From Lytechinus pictus (lineage: Eukaryota): DNA of 64,000 bases. Shown piece after piece: positions 30,501 through 45,500 of the stretch. Location: NCBI RefSeq assembly GCF_037042905.1, contig NC_087249.1:3968001-4032000 (forward strand), written 5' to 3'. Position 1 is the first letter of the stretch. Each line of letters begins with the position of its first letter. A program made the translations under genes and the position numbers. The notes under the pieces are model-generated. The model saw only the letters and a list, made by a program, of their open reading frames with translations. It made no database searches and was not told the origin of the DNA.

Positions 30501-33500
30501 TCAATTGTCATTTACTATAACTATCCCTTAAAATCCATCAGTATTGGGTACTACTATCTGGTCAACGTGACATTTTATAGAGGAAGGAATTTCATAAAAT
30601 TCCCTTCTAGCAGTATGCAAATGACTGTGGTCTCACCTTTCCAGCGGAAGCAAAGAATTGACCATCAGCAGAAAACTTGAGGTGGTATATAGCAGTAGCA
30701 GTTCTGAGGAAAAAAAATAGAGAAAAGAGAAGGAAGGAAATCAAAGCAATGGACAAGCTAGCAAACATTTGTAAACATCAGTTAAAAGTTATTGATAAAA
30801 TGGAATAAATATGAACTACATGGTCTTTTATATATGATGTAAAAATAAAGTCATGAAAAAAAATCTCAAAAGCCTCATCTATTCAAGAATTTCAACAGAA
30901 ATTATATTCTCCCAAAGACCAATACAGGTACCCTAGACTGTCCTCTCTAATATGGTTTTGTATATCTTGATACCTTTTCTGACATTTCAAAACTTTCCCA
31001 TTCCTCTGGCTATTCAACCATTCTTGTGAAAATTGGAATCCAGAAATCATCTCCAACTTTTGATCAATAAATTGCATAACATTGAAAAATAGTAGGCTGA
31101 TATCACTTTTCACAACAAAAAACGCGTACTCTGCATTTTTTAGCAATATTCTTGAAATGAATTTGACTATTATTGCCTGCAGAAATACACCAGATTCTGA
31201 AAGCCACAAATGCTAATACAGCAAAAATAGCTACTCATGTAAAAAGCATGAAACAGCCTTTATTCAACATATAGTACTAAAAAATCTTTACATTGTACAT
31301 ATATCTATTTTTTTAGAGGAATTTATGACTGGATGTAGGAAAATAGTTAAAATCTAGAACTGAATGTTAAAGAGCAATTCTAGAAAAAATGTTGGGTCAG
31401 TAATGCAAACCAGGCATGACATTCCCCTCCGAAAAAGAAATCTGAAAAATAACCAAGGGTCACTATTAAAGTCACAACCGAATTCCGAGGCGCCCCAGTC
31501 GGGATTACAAGCTCTTGCATCTTAAAAGTAAGGAATTGAAAGTGATTTTCAAGATGAGTCTGCATGATAGTTTTATCAATTGACTTTAAAAGCAGTAAAA
31601 AGAGCATGAGAGTGTTCTTGGGCAAAGGATTTCAATTATAAAAAAAAAACTGATTTAAAAAAAAAATCTGAATGAAGATTTTAGTCGGGAGAATATCATA
31701 CCTGATGCAAACTCTATTACATTTTGATAACTAGTCCAATCTGATGCCTTTTTAATACAGAAATTATCTTTTGTGCACAATTTAAGAGTAATCCCCCGGG
31801 GGGGGGGGGGGGGGGCATTCAAATATATTGCTGTACACACGCGTGACCAAAAAACGCGTTTAAAGGGGTGTTTTTTCAGTTTTGGACGTGGTACGCGCGT
31901 GGACTCGTTAAGGGTATCAAAAACACCAATATTTAGGAAAAAGGGTGGTTTTGAAAGACTGGTCAATGGTAAATGGCGGGATCAAACGTATTTAGGGTAT
32001 GTTTTTTCCCCCAAAGCTTTTTTTTTAAAGACTAGCCAAACGTGTTTAGGGTATGTTTTTTCTCCCAAGCTTTTTCCCCGAGGTCATGTTTTGGCGACAA
32101 CTTGTTTAGGGGCCAAAATGTGTAATAAAGCCCGCGAAAAACTTATTTAGGGGGTTATTTTGCACACAGAAAACAACTCATTTAGGGGGTGTTTGGTAAT
32201 TCCTTGGTCACGCGTGTGTACAGAAATATATTTGACTGCCCCCCCCCCCCCGGAGTAATCCCAAGTCTTGGAGCAGTCTTATACCCCTTTCATAAACCCA
32301 ATAAAACACAATTATGCGGCTAATAGCAGCATAATTTGGTCGTAAAATCAGAGGAGGACAAGAGTTATCCGCATTATTCTGATGCTGCTATTATCCGCAT
32401 AATAGCGGCATCGGGACAAGATTTTGAGTTTATGAACGTATTTCCAAATAATGCGGATAATTGCCATGGTGCGGTCACAAGGTCACCCTTTTCCAACACA
32501 ACCGCATTGGAGGGGGCGTGTCCAGTTGTCATGACGATTATCCGCCTTTTTCAGGACGGGCGCTCGTAAAAATAATTTATGGAGTTTGTGAACGCAATTT
32601 TTATTGAATTATCCGCATTACTCTTAGGCGGCTAATTGGAGGATATGTTTTATTGGGTTTATGAAAGGGGTATAACAAGACATTAGCCTCTATTTAGAGA
32701 AAATGGGGAATCAACAATAGGCCCATGGTAAAAAGGGCTCTGCAGGCAATCTCAGTCAATGTTTCTACAGTACCAATAATGGCAAAGATTTTATTATTCT
32801 TGAAGGCAAAGCAAAGTGAATTTTCAATCTTTTCCAATGCCTCTTTATATTGACCTTGTATATTTTTATATTTTTAGTGGCAAAACCACTTTTAATGGCA
32901 CATTTCTACACTACAGTGCAAATGGGAAAAATAAAAAAAAGGGCATGACAAATCCCCAAGGCCAATGAGTAGGGCATCAAGGGCAGGTCAACAGGGCATC
33001 AATGATCACGGCCTTCAATGACCTGAGAATTAATTTAAGTTGAAACAGCTACATGCATCTGTGTAGTAAATATCAATTGGGAGTATTTTACAGAGCTCTC
33101 CTAATGTACGTATAAACTAGACTTCTCTCCAATATTAAAGATATTTTTTCTTTCTTTCAATAATTGCTCAATTTTTTAAATTGGCCTACATGTATATCAT
33201 GGCCCTTTTTGTTCACAGTTTATCAATTTACCTTACTCAAAATTGGTTATTACACACTGCAAAAACTCTGGTGTTCATTTAACACCAGCCTGGAATCTAT
33301 ATATATGTCCACACCAGAAAAGTGTTAAACAACACCAGTTTGGTTTTGGTCTAACACCAGATAGGAGCATCGGTTTGATTCCAAACTGGTGTTGTTTCAA
33401 TACTTCTCTGGTGTGGACATATATAGATTCCGGTCTGGTGTTAAATCAACACCGGAGTTTTTGCAGTGCATGAAGGTTCTCATCTTTATGTCATTGCGAA

Positions 33501-36500
33501 GACAAAACAGCTGCCATCAAGGGATCTATCCGTGACCTTTTCATGCACTATTAATGTTCTATTAGGAAGTTTGAATCAGCTGATGAAATTATTCCCAAAA
33601 TACATAGCAACACAAGCCTGTTATCTCAGTCTCTCTACTTGTGTTTCTTTCATTTTTTTAATCCTCCATCGCTTTCTCTTCCTCTCTTCTGCTTTATTAT
33701 TTTTTGAAAATCTCTCCCTCCCACTTTCCATCTCCATACTCCTCTCTGCCGCTCGTTCCCTTCCTTCATTGCCCCCCCCCCCCACGGATAAATAATCAAG
33801 AGAAAATGATTTAAGAATATAGTCAGATTTGAAGAGATTACTGTATCAAAGGGAATCTCCTCTAGCCCCTTTCTAATCCATTTTTATAAAATACTTTCAT
33901 TTGCCTCTATTACAGTTTTGTTGTTATGTTGTTAACCTCTTCTTTGTTTTATTTTTGGTTATTCATTCCTTTAAGAAAGGTCAAATGCAGCTCTCTCAAT
34001 CCTGAAATGGATCTCAAGAGTGCAATAGAAAGGAGATTCCCTCTTATAGCATTTCTTAACCTATAGTTATGAAATAGGAAACAGCGCAATTAACTAATGA
34101 TTCTCAAGTTATTCCCGGGATAAAATGATCTGCATGGGGATTCATACATGCTGGAGAAAAGTTTATATATGAGCATCAAATAAATAAAAACTGACAAATT
34201 GATTTTCTAGCAAATAAAAATAATTTTTCTCAAATGAAAGCATAAAGATACTGTTCATGATGGGTTTAATTCTTCTTCTATCAATGAAAATCAAACCTAG
34301 ATATGAGTTCTATTCAAATGAATGACTAAAACACTTAGTCCAATCATGAAGATCCACTAATTATCACAATTTGTTTGAACATCTACAAATAATTTTAAAA
34401 TGGATTGTGAAGGATGATATTCCAGCACCCCTTCCCTATTAATGACAGTCACACAAGCAGAACAGTGTCGGATCTACGGTGGTGGGGGGTAGGATGCATT
34501 TCACTGCTGCTCATTGTTATTGGGTCAAACTGACTTGTCACCCCCTCCCCCCTTAACAAAAAGCTAGATCCGCCACTGACAGTAAAACTGTTCAAAGATC
34601 TTGATCCATGATTACATCAAGACCATGAAAAATAACAGCGACATCTGCATGTCTTGAGCACGAAAGCAATTATACAGTGGGTTGATTGCACCATTGGACA
34701 GTAATTGAGATTTCTGTAATTGCATCAGGATTGTTGCTTGATACCTCCATTGTCCATCATTGACACCATGCTGAGGTCATTAGTGGACGATTCAATAAAC
34801 CTGTTCATACTCACAAGCCAAAAAACATACTGCACTTTATAAAGCCCTTTCATGGTTCATATTCAAAGCAGAATTTTATACAACAGTACATATAACTGGT
34901 GCATATTAGCACTGTGGTTTGGATTCCTCAGGATGCTGTTTGCACTATACACTGTATGCCTACATGTGTACATGGCTCAGATAAAGGTGACTAGAGCACT
35001 GGTAAAGAGAGGAATTTCAAAATTTGCATTTCAAAAAAATTAGTGAACTGGTATAATGTACAGGTTTTGCGCAAGAGTCATGTTATTTTCACATTGAATC
35101 AGGAAGTGTGAATTTCTCACATTTTATTTCTTATGAGTACATATGTTTAATTATACCAATTATTATTTGACATTAGACAAATAAATCAATGACATCCTTC
35201 TTCACATCACTGTCATTTTTGCAGGTCCATGAAACTAAAAGGGGAGGGGGCTCAGCTACCCTTCCCAGTAAGACTACAATTATATCCCCCCTGGACTCCT
35301 TCACTGAATATGAAAGGGGTAGGGGAAGGCGGGGTATGTTGTGACATTTTTGCATTTCGCATGTTAGAATTGATATGATTAATGATATTGTAGAAATAGG
35401 AACCTTTCCTTTAAATTTGATTCTTGGGAAATATTTTTCACCTATATATAACTTTCTACCCCCACACTGAAATTCATTGTGACCTTTGAAAAAACCGATG
35501 TCAAATGGCTCAACTTGCCCCATCTGTGGGGTAAGATGTGCCTCCTTGTGGGGTAAGTTGAGCCACAAAAACTATGTACAAAATGTATGTGGGAAGAACC
35601 AGCATGTCAATTTTTTATTTCAAGTCTTTTCACTTGCTAATTCTCTATAAATACTAACATCCTCTAAAAGTAAAATAACTGTCATGTACATTTGCACCTT
35701 TCTGCCTGCATATCAATGGCTATTCAAGGTTTGTATATTTTTTTTATCATACATTACCATACGAATTACCATGGCTCAACTTGCCCCATGTTGGCTGGCT
35801 CAAAGTACTCCAGTCCTTACTTAATGCGATATTTTGACATCCACACATTTCTTATGCATCCATCATGTAAAAGACTATGACAAGAATGAAGATCCATACC
35901 TGGACTAACAATATTGTTCTTATTTCTTTATTATATTTAAAGACGTGTGAGGGTAAAAAACACTGATCTATTTTACACCTTTTTTACTTTTTTGGCTAAA
36001 ATTTGTATTTTTCCATCTAAAAAGTACTTTTTGTTTCAAAGTCGAAAACAATGTGGTGGGGTAAATGGTTATGTAATGGGTCATCAATACATGACACCAC
36101 GACAATGTCTGACTCATTCATTTATTGGCCTGGGGGTGGTGGATCAACTTGCCCCTATGCTCAACTTACACCGCCTTCCCCTACTGTCTCTTACAGGCTG
36201 GAATATCATCTCTGTGAATCTAGACTAATTTATCCACTAATATGAATGGACATCCACTGTCTGCTTGCTGTCAGATAGGATGATTATATCCTAGCACATT
36301 AAACAGTAATTTAGACTCACTAAAAGCAAAACTGAAGTAGCAATTATTTTCAGTAAAGTCTTAAAATCAGGGTGAATCATCATTATATAAATCATCGTAG
36401 TATAGCATCGTGAAAATAACGGTGACACAACATTTTCTACGGTCTTAATAGAAGGCAGGGGTTAGAGTTAGAATTGTATTAGAGTTTTTTGTTCAGAATA

Positions 36501-39500
36501 ATGTAAGGATAAGGATTAGAGTATATTAGTTTTGTTGGTTAGATTATGTTTGGCTTTATCGTGCAGATTTTCCGTCGTAGCAATTTTTGCAGAGCAAATG
36601 TCATGGAACCGAAATAACAATTTACAAACAAAAGAAACTCTGACGTACAAAAATGAGCAATATTTAGGATTTCTTACTTGCACTGCCATGAGCATTGCCA
36701 GGTATATCCTGGGATAGGTTTGTCGACTGGTTGAGTAGTCTCTTCTCCAGCATCACTCACTTCTATTGTTACCACCTTCTCACATGCCCATAGCTGGATG
36801 GCATTGCTACCAGTCAAAAGTTTGGTTCCTGTAACAATAGAATATTGAATATACTCAACACTGGGAGCATCTACAAAACTTAATCTTGGCATTTTAAGAT
36901 TTCAATGTCGCCATCATCATCGCAACTGCCCTCCGAATAGCTGCATTTCTTCTGCTATGCAGGCAAGACTAAAATATGCAATAAATGAACTGCATGTAAC
37001 TACACCAATTACTGATGTATACAGCTTTACATACCAAAATGCTTTCTATTTCCAATAATTTCAAAGTACTGCAGTATAATATGCTATTTGCATGTAAATT
37101 TAGCACAGCCAATAAAGTGCCCAACTACATCTTAACACACTGTGCATTTTTAGATGATGATAGTCTAGTATAATCATGGTTAAAAATAAAGTGTTGGTAG
37201 TCCCTGAAAATGAGCAAAGATTAAAATAGATATATCAAATTAATATCAATACATTACACATTTCTAAAAAGACGTTTCATATTCATATGTGCTCGTCTTG
37301 CTCCTACATGTATCACAAGGTACTGATCACAAACATACCGGCGGAATGGGTTAAACCACCTAACGAGGACATAACAATTTGGTGCCTAATCGCCTTCACA
37401 TCCATTTCCGTGGTGTATGTCTGAAATTGATCGATCGGTGATTCTGTTACCGTCCAGAGGCTGCCACAATTGTTGGGATGGGAAAGGGCAACGTCATCAA
37501 AAATTCATGAAACCACCATCATTATCTCTGTATCCTCAGGTTTATATCTCTCTGGTGGCATGCCGTATATTGAGGTTTTTCTTTTCCTTAGCATGAAAAT
37601 TAGAGATTTTATACCGGTATCTCCTTTTCTATGAGTATGCTTTGCCCTTGTATACTTCCATCAGTATTCCATGCAGCTTTTGAAATCATTAATTTGATTT
37701 CCATTCTCATGAGAAAATGCTTACAAAGATTTCATCCATACAGTTCTTCCTTTTTTCTTCTTTTTATGGAAGGGGGTACTACTGAAATTTTCAATGTTAC
37801 AAATTAATGTAATACAGTAGATGTGGTTAATTTGTTTTCAAAACTTGTCACAGGGACAATATTAAAGGCTTTACAATTATTTTTATGGTGGATCACTTCT
37901 TTATCTTAAATAAGATAACCAAGTATTAATAAACCTGTTTAAACCCAGCTCTAAACACGTGTTAAAAAGTTTTCTGAAATTTTCATTTTATGCTAAGCTT
38001 GATAAGTGGTCTCATACTATTCCCCCTAAAAAAAATCAGAGGCCTAACTTTTTTTTTACATTTTTAATTGTAAGGTCTACCCATAGCTATCAGATGTTTT
38101 CAGCACACATTTCATACAAAACTTGATAATCACAGACAATGATTTTCAGATTGATCCAAACAATAATGCAGGATAAGCCAGTACTACATCATGTTCAAGA
38201 AAAGACTATCTCAAAGTGTTATTTTGGCAGTACTTTTGTTTCCTCTTTCCTTAAATTGTATTTTTTTTCAATTAGAAGTTTTTGTCACCCAAACAAGAGG
38301 AGCTCTGATGCTCAATGAAGACATCTTTTTAATTTGGATTAGTTTCTTGTTCAGGGCTAAATCAAACTTATTACTTGCCCAAATATTCAAAACCCTCCTT
38401 CTCAGGCTTTCAGCAAACATGTGCAAATATTTGCTCTTAATTCTACTACTACAGTACCTGTATAATTATGGAGATGGGTACACATATCGATCTGATCTTG
38501 AAATGTATACTTAGCATTATCAAGCACACAATCTATGGGTGTATAATCCTCCATAAAAGAGTGATGCACATCTTATTGTAAATTGGAATTATTTGTGAAA
38601 CTTTACACAGACTTATATTAAGCTGTAAAAAACTTTGAACCATCAGTCATTGTTTCATAAAAATTTGAAATATGATCGATGCATTTGTTATTGCTCACAA
38701 ATTTTATGAAAGGGCCAACGCATCAAATACCTACATGTATGTAGAACATAAAAAGGTAACAAACCTGTCATACTGACCTACATTCTCACATTACAAATTT
38801 AAAATTAAGAATATTATTACTCAGAATCACAAATTAATCTGATTCATGAATTTATCAAAAATAACCCATTATCAGAAGAAGATCAGCTCATTTGAAAGAC
38901 AATATTCTGTAATCTCGCATCACATCTTTGCTTGTTGTAAGACTGCTTCAAAATGTTTATCAGGTATTTCCTATTTTATGCTTTGAAATAGTATTAATCA
39001 GCAAAGATGTCTCTATTATTAGTGAGTATCACGAATAAGTGTCAGATCAAAATAAAAATAAAAAAAATAAATAAAAAATGAAAAGCAATGATGAATAATC
39101 CTAATAAAACTTTTAAATTGCTTAAAGCTTTATCCTCTTTAGCATCTGTTCAGTTTCTTCAGAAGGCATATTAAACTTGGACATAATTTTATGTTTTTTT
39201 TTAATTGGGGGAGGGGAGTGGCAGTTCATTGCCATTTGCTGTCTTCCCATCCCAGTACTCTATTCCTTGGGCTGATGAAGCTAGAAATGACATCCATGCA
39301 ATAGACCTTCTTTTTGCATAAAGAATAACATGTATACATTTATGAAAACACATAGATCGATTTCTTTATGCATGCTGAACACCATATACGGCACTGCTCC
39401 AGTAAAATGGTTTGTACATAACTATAAACTGAATATGCTGATTATTTCATAGCTATTGTTCATAAAGATCATGACCATCTTGGTCCCTGAAATGGGAAAA

Positions 39501-42500
39501 CTGAAACAGTTATAATGCAGTCTCATGAGCGATTAAGACTGTTTGAGACAAGGTCCAGTATTAACACAGGGCATTAAACTGATCATAGGGCTAGTTATCA
39601 CCAATTATTGCACAGGTTATTGTGTGCGATCAATCATACAACTGAAGTTCATTATTTGTGCTTTGTGTCACTGGGCCCCGGTTTGGTGTGATATTAGGGA
39701 TTTAATCTTACCATCCTGGTTCCATGACAGGTTGCTAACCAGAGAGTCAATCTTAAAACTTCCAGTCTCTTCCCACTGATACTCAAGTTTATGCTGCATT
39801 CAAAGAAAAATGGAAACAAAATTAAAGAATTGAATGATTCAAATGGCAAAGAAGGTAGAAGTTAGAAAGATATAAGCAGTGGAATAAACAGGTACATGTC
39901 AACCGCGTAGCCAGGATTTTATTTTGGAGGGGGCGGTAAATGCACGCGAAGCGTGCCAACACTTACAGAGCGCGCGAAGCGCGCTCCCTAGGGGGTGGGT
40001 GCAGGGAGGGGGAGTTTCCCCCTCCCGCGCGAAGCTTTTGGTGTTTCATAAATTAAAATGAAAAGGAGCCGTCTCTCTTGTCTCTAGTACCTATATCAGC
40101 TCCAATACAGTTGACTATATTGTGATTTTGAACCTTGTTTTCATGAACCTTGTTTTCAAAAGTGATTGTGAACGCACAAAAAAGGAATACAATGGAGAAA
40201 ATTAATATAATAAGAACCCCGCCATGAAAAGGGTCCCGAGAAAAGGGTATTCTCAATGATGTATTGAATACTTCCCTTGGAAAGATCAGATTTGATTACA
40301 AACAATTTAGCGACAGTGCATATCTTTAAGTCGCAAAACAGAGGAAAAGAAGTGTATATGCCGGGAGGAAGATATTCCTCCCCGCGCAGAGCAATGTAAC
40401 TCTGAAATTTCAAAGAGCGGACGTTTCATCATATGCAGATATCTCTACTACCCCATCGGCTCTAATTCAATTGATTTTCTAAGATTATTGAACTTCATTA
40501 CAAGGAAAATAGTGCGCAAAAAGTTGAAACTTCTGTGATTTATTGAAATTACATAAAACAGGATGCCTAATTTCTTTGACTTATCCTGAAGCGCTTCATT
40601 TTGAATTATAAAGAAACTTTAGTGTCATTCAAAATTTCAAACTGAGGGCGCAAAACAGGACAGGAGATGAATGTGCAGGGAAATGACATGAATTTGATAA
40701 AAAATATTGTACTTTTTTATTTAATACGACACAAATTTTATACCTTCCTCTTTTAAAATTAGGAACCTGTTTGCCCCCAAATTATGGTTGTTTAGAAATG
40801 AGCTGAAAAGCGGGAGAAGTTGACTTAATGGAGGTGACGGCATAAATTGATATAAAGATTTTACCCGCCCGGAGCCGAACCGACCAGAAGTTGCGCGATC
40901 AATAAAAAAAAAAGATAACTTCATATACTTCGGCCTAACCTTACTCTAATTCCATGCCCCAATTTATACATTTGAACTTTAACTGGCAAGAAACACATAT
41001 ATACATGTAGCTGAGGTGGAAAAACAGGGTTGGGAAACAATGGAGAACTTCAGTATTGTCATTTAACCGCGCGCAGCACGGAAGCAAAATTCACATATAA
41101 ATTTAGAGCAAGAGTGAAGGAGTTTCTCTTTTGAGAAAAAAAATAAAGAATAAAAAGAAAAAAAAAACACAAAGCTACCTTTCTTCCCTTTCCTCCCTTC
41201 CCTTTTCCTTTCCTCCTCTCTTTTTTCCCTTCCTTTTTTTCTTTTTGGGGACGTTTTGGGGGGGGCGGCCGCCCCCACCGCCCCCCCCCTGGCTACGCAC
41301 CTGTATATCAATATGAGGTTGTATGAAAAAAGATAGAAAGAGGGAGAGACATAGAGATAGAAAGATATAAAGCAAAATGAGAGAAGAGGAGAGACATATA
41401 AATCAGTTTACAGAGAAACTTGTGCATGTAGAGAAGGGGAAAGTAAAGAAGAGACAGAGAAAGATTCAAGAGAAAGAGTAAAAATTTAACAAATTTTCTC
41501 AGGATTTCAGCTGTTATCGTAATCAATAATTTAAAGGTCAAGTTCACCCCAGGTCCGGGAATATGTTGAATTAAATAAATAAAGAAAAATCAAATAAGCA
41601 TAATGCTGAAAATTTCATCAAAATCGGATGTAAAATAAGAAAGTTATGAGGTTTTAAACTTATTTTCATTTTTTTCACAAAACAATGAGACCCTATATGC
41701 ACAACTCAGTGACATACAAATGAGACAGACGAGAATGTGGCTGACTCACTATTTTCTTTTTTTACTTTGAATTATACAATATTTCATTTTTTTTTTTACA
41801 GATTTGACAATAAGGGCCATTTTGACTGAACCATAATTGTATTAATGTAATTCCACATGTTCAGGTGGGCCAACGAGGAGAAAATAAGAATATTTCACAT
41901 TTCAATATTTCATATGATAAAATAAAAAAGAAATAATGAGTGGATGATGTCATTAGTCTCATTTACATGCCGACCAGGATGTGCATATAATTGTTTTGTG
42001 AAATAAGCAAAACTTTAAAATGTCAGCACTTTCTTATTTTACATGGGATTTTGATGAAATTTTCAGTGTTATGCTTGTTGGATTTTTTCTTTTTATTCAA
42101 ATCAACGTTTCATTGGGGTAGACTTGTCCTTTAACAATAATCAGGGATTACTACATACATGTACATGGCTTCAACGTGAGATGCAATAAAACCATGGCGA
42201 TTCATAGAAAATTTTAGTCATATTCGGTTTATTGTACATTGATTGCTTGTAAAGTACATGGATTTTTCTTGCGAAGTATGGCTATAAAAATGAAGAAAAA
42301 AAAAAGATCTGATGTAGCCAGACATCTGGCTTTATGGCAATCGCTTCAACAACATCATAAGGTGGTTTCAGACTGCCTCGTAGTTCGTCAGTTCCAGGTA
42401 TTTTCTGATCGGGAAATTTACCCGATCAGAAAATACCAGGTAATATTGGCAATGTGAAAGCAAATTACGCGTAATATCCCCGAAAGAAAATACCCACTAA

Positions 42501-45500
42501 ATAGAAGGTACTTGGCAAAATTACGAGAACTTTCGCGGGGATTTTTCCAAGGTCGCAGGTATTTTGGCAATGTGAAAGCAATTTACGGGAACTTTTAGCC
42601 CAGCGTGTAGTTGGGCGCGGGCGCCGTGGGTGGCTGCTGAGCTAGTGGTTTTGAATCTCGCGCCTTGCCTGCTTATCAGACCATACTGCCCATGCTCCTA
42701 ACTTCAGGAATGATATCCCGAAGGGTATGTTTCGGGGCAGTGTGAATGCAGGAATAATTAATGGGTATTTTATAGCCTGAAAAAGTTCCCGTAATTTAAC
42801 GGGGATTCTTATGATCGAGGCGGTTTGAAACCACCTATAGAGACCATTTTCCTGAAAGGCTGAAACCTTATTCATAATTCAAGTATGTGGCATTTTCACA
42901 AATCAGGCAGTCTTCAGAGAAAACAGCCAATCTTCAATTTTGCTCTAAAATATACCACAATCAATTTCTAAACCACCGCAGAGTCATTCTATTTCAAATG
43001 TCACTTTAAATCTGGAAAAAAAATATTCACGATCAGTTTATGTGACTTGTTTCTCAACTTTCTCTAATAACATAGTTCAATATGATAGTGCCATTCACAA
43101 AAGGATTCAAAACCAAAAATATTGAAAGCAAATGTCACATAAAAAATGACAGGCTAAGCAAGTAGGGGTAAAAAAGTAAGTTTAATTGTATTATGAACAT
43201 CGAGTAGCTTCATGAAAATAACTTAGAGATTGAAGAAAAAAAATCATACACCAAAGAAAAGTATGAAAAGGTTTAACCCAATTTATTGTGCTATAATACT
43301 TTTTTTTTCAAACAGTGATACTTTTTTTTTTTTGGGGGGGGGCTAGAACAAGATCTAAAAAAAGGTGATTTTTATGGATAATGGTTGTACATACATGTAC
43401 TATGCTTTATGATATATAAAAAATTTGAGCTAGCTAGTAAACTATATAGCATCTTCTCACTTGTACTGTACATTCTAAATTGAATAGGTTTTTGGAAAAA
43501 CAAATTTTATACATGTACATGTATGTACATAAACTATGTGCGTTCATAAAGATAGGAATACCTACAAATGCATGTAAATGTCTACCCACATATAATGTTG
43601 CAAGAAAATGTCCAGTTGAAAAATGCATGAGTATTGATTTTGATCCCAAACACCAAATTGTCTGTCTGCCTACGCTTAAAGGGAGATAGCCTAGCCTCCG
43701 CTTTGATGGATGTCGTTAACGTTAATACTGTTATCACATAGCAGATTAATGAGTTGTATTGACTTTATTGCGGATGAGCATTACATAGTGAGCTCTAATT
43801 TTTGTACAAGGCTGACAGATGGAAACAGGATCCTGATTCATAATTTACAAGTTGAAAGTTTTTGCTGCAATATTCTCAAATTTTACCAATTGATTTTGCC
43901 AACAACAAATGAGTTCCATACCTCTAGCATTTAAAAAAAAATTATTTTCAAGAAAAAGTGCCATTGTCTGCTCTGTATTACAAAGACCCCCTACATGAGT
44001 ATCTTATTACAACATCGCAAAATAAAATGTCTCTTTTTGGGGTTCGGTTTTAATCAGATAATTGCCTATTAAACAATTTATAATTAATTTAGAAGGCCAT
44101 GAAGAGGAATGAGTAATGAAAGGAAGTCATTGAGCATAAATTAGTTATCATAAGAAAGTTCCAACGACCCCACAATGTATGCATCACTATGAAAAACTGT
44201 TGCACAGATACCCCTCTCCCAAACTCTACCATTTGGGACAGCCTGCAAGTTGGCTGTATATGTATCCGGACTGTACATTGCAGTTTTAGGCATTTTGCAT
44301 CATATCAATGTGCAACTTTTCTTTCCAAATATACCTGTAGACCTAACTGATGATAGACCAAACCATCATATCTAGACTCATAGAAATATGAGGAGAGAGA
44401 GGGAGAGTACAGCAAGAAACAGAAAGCAAAGCAGAAAATTTCAAGGGGATGAGGGAGGGAGAGAGAGAGAGAGAGAGCAAAACAGAGAGAGAGAAACAGA
44501 CAGAATGAACGTCAAATTATACATATTTGTGGGCAGGCCAAAGATCTAGGTAGCATCCCCCATCCAGGCATCGGTCTAAACTCTTGGCCAATCAAAAGCC
44601 ACCTGTAGTGTGAAACTTCCCCCCTCTGCAAATCCTGGGTTTTAAAAGTTTGGGGAAGGGGAATTACATGGCTTACTTTTCCTTAAAAAGTGGAACACAT
44701 ACTTACCTCACCTACCATATTTACTATATCGATATTAAATCTCGGAAGATAGCAGACCAGTTTATTGGTGGATTTGAGCCAAGCTAGGCAATAGTGAAAA
44801 CCTTCTTATAAAGGAAAACTAGGACTTGAATTGATTTTTTTCGGAAAAGCAAGAGGAATTATTTACTTGACAACATGAACATGCAACTGCTAACCGTTTG
44901 TCTTTTTATGCCAATTTTGGGTGAGTACAAAATACACAAAAAGTTTTGTTCGCATGTCAGTGATTAGAGTGATACAAACTATCACTATTTCATTCCTATT
45001 GTGTATTTGAATCCGAAATGAAAATCTGAAATTATGAAAGCATGAATATGAATGGCAATGTTTCAATCTCTAATTGCAGTGTATATACAATACTCTAGAT
45101 TTTTGTTATTCAAATCCTAGTTCTTTCAAGCATTAAATTAAAAAAATACAGAATCCAGATTTTGAATAGACTTCAATTCAATAGCAGACTCGGTGACAAT
45201 CATAAAAAAAACACCTTCTGGGTACATGTAGTATTACCGAGTATGAAATTTTCTATTGAATTCTCTGCGATGACGAACATCTTCAGAATTATGAAATTTT
45301 TTGTAATACAAAACTCTGAAGAGTCACACATGGATTCAGATTATTTTAAATAAAGAAAAGCACTGAGAAAAATTTTCTTTAAAATACCAAGGAAGCATGA
45401 AATTAGATTGTACTATATGTGCAGAGGGTGTAAACTGCCTTAAAATAAATAAGTATGTCTTAAAGGCTTTTTTCCCTGTAACAATGGTGCACCATGACCC

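Noticed and set aside
37332-37422. Imperfect hairpin, possible miRNA or snoRNA
   Set aside because: Only the basal stem pairs; no convincing box motifs
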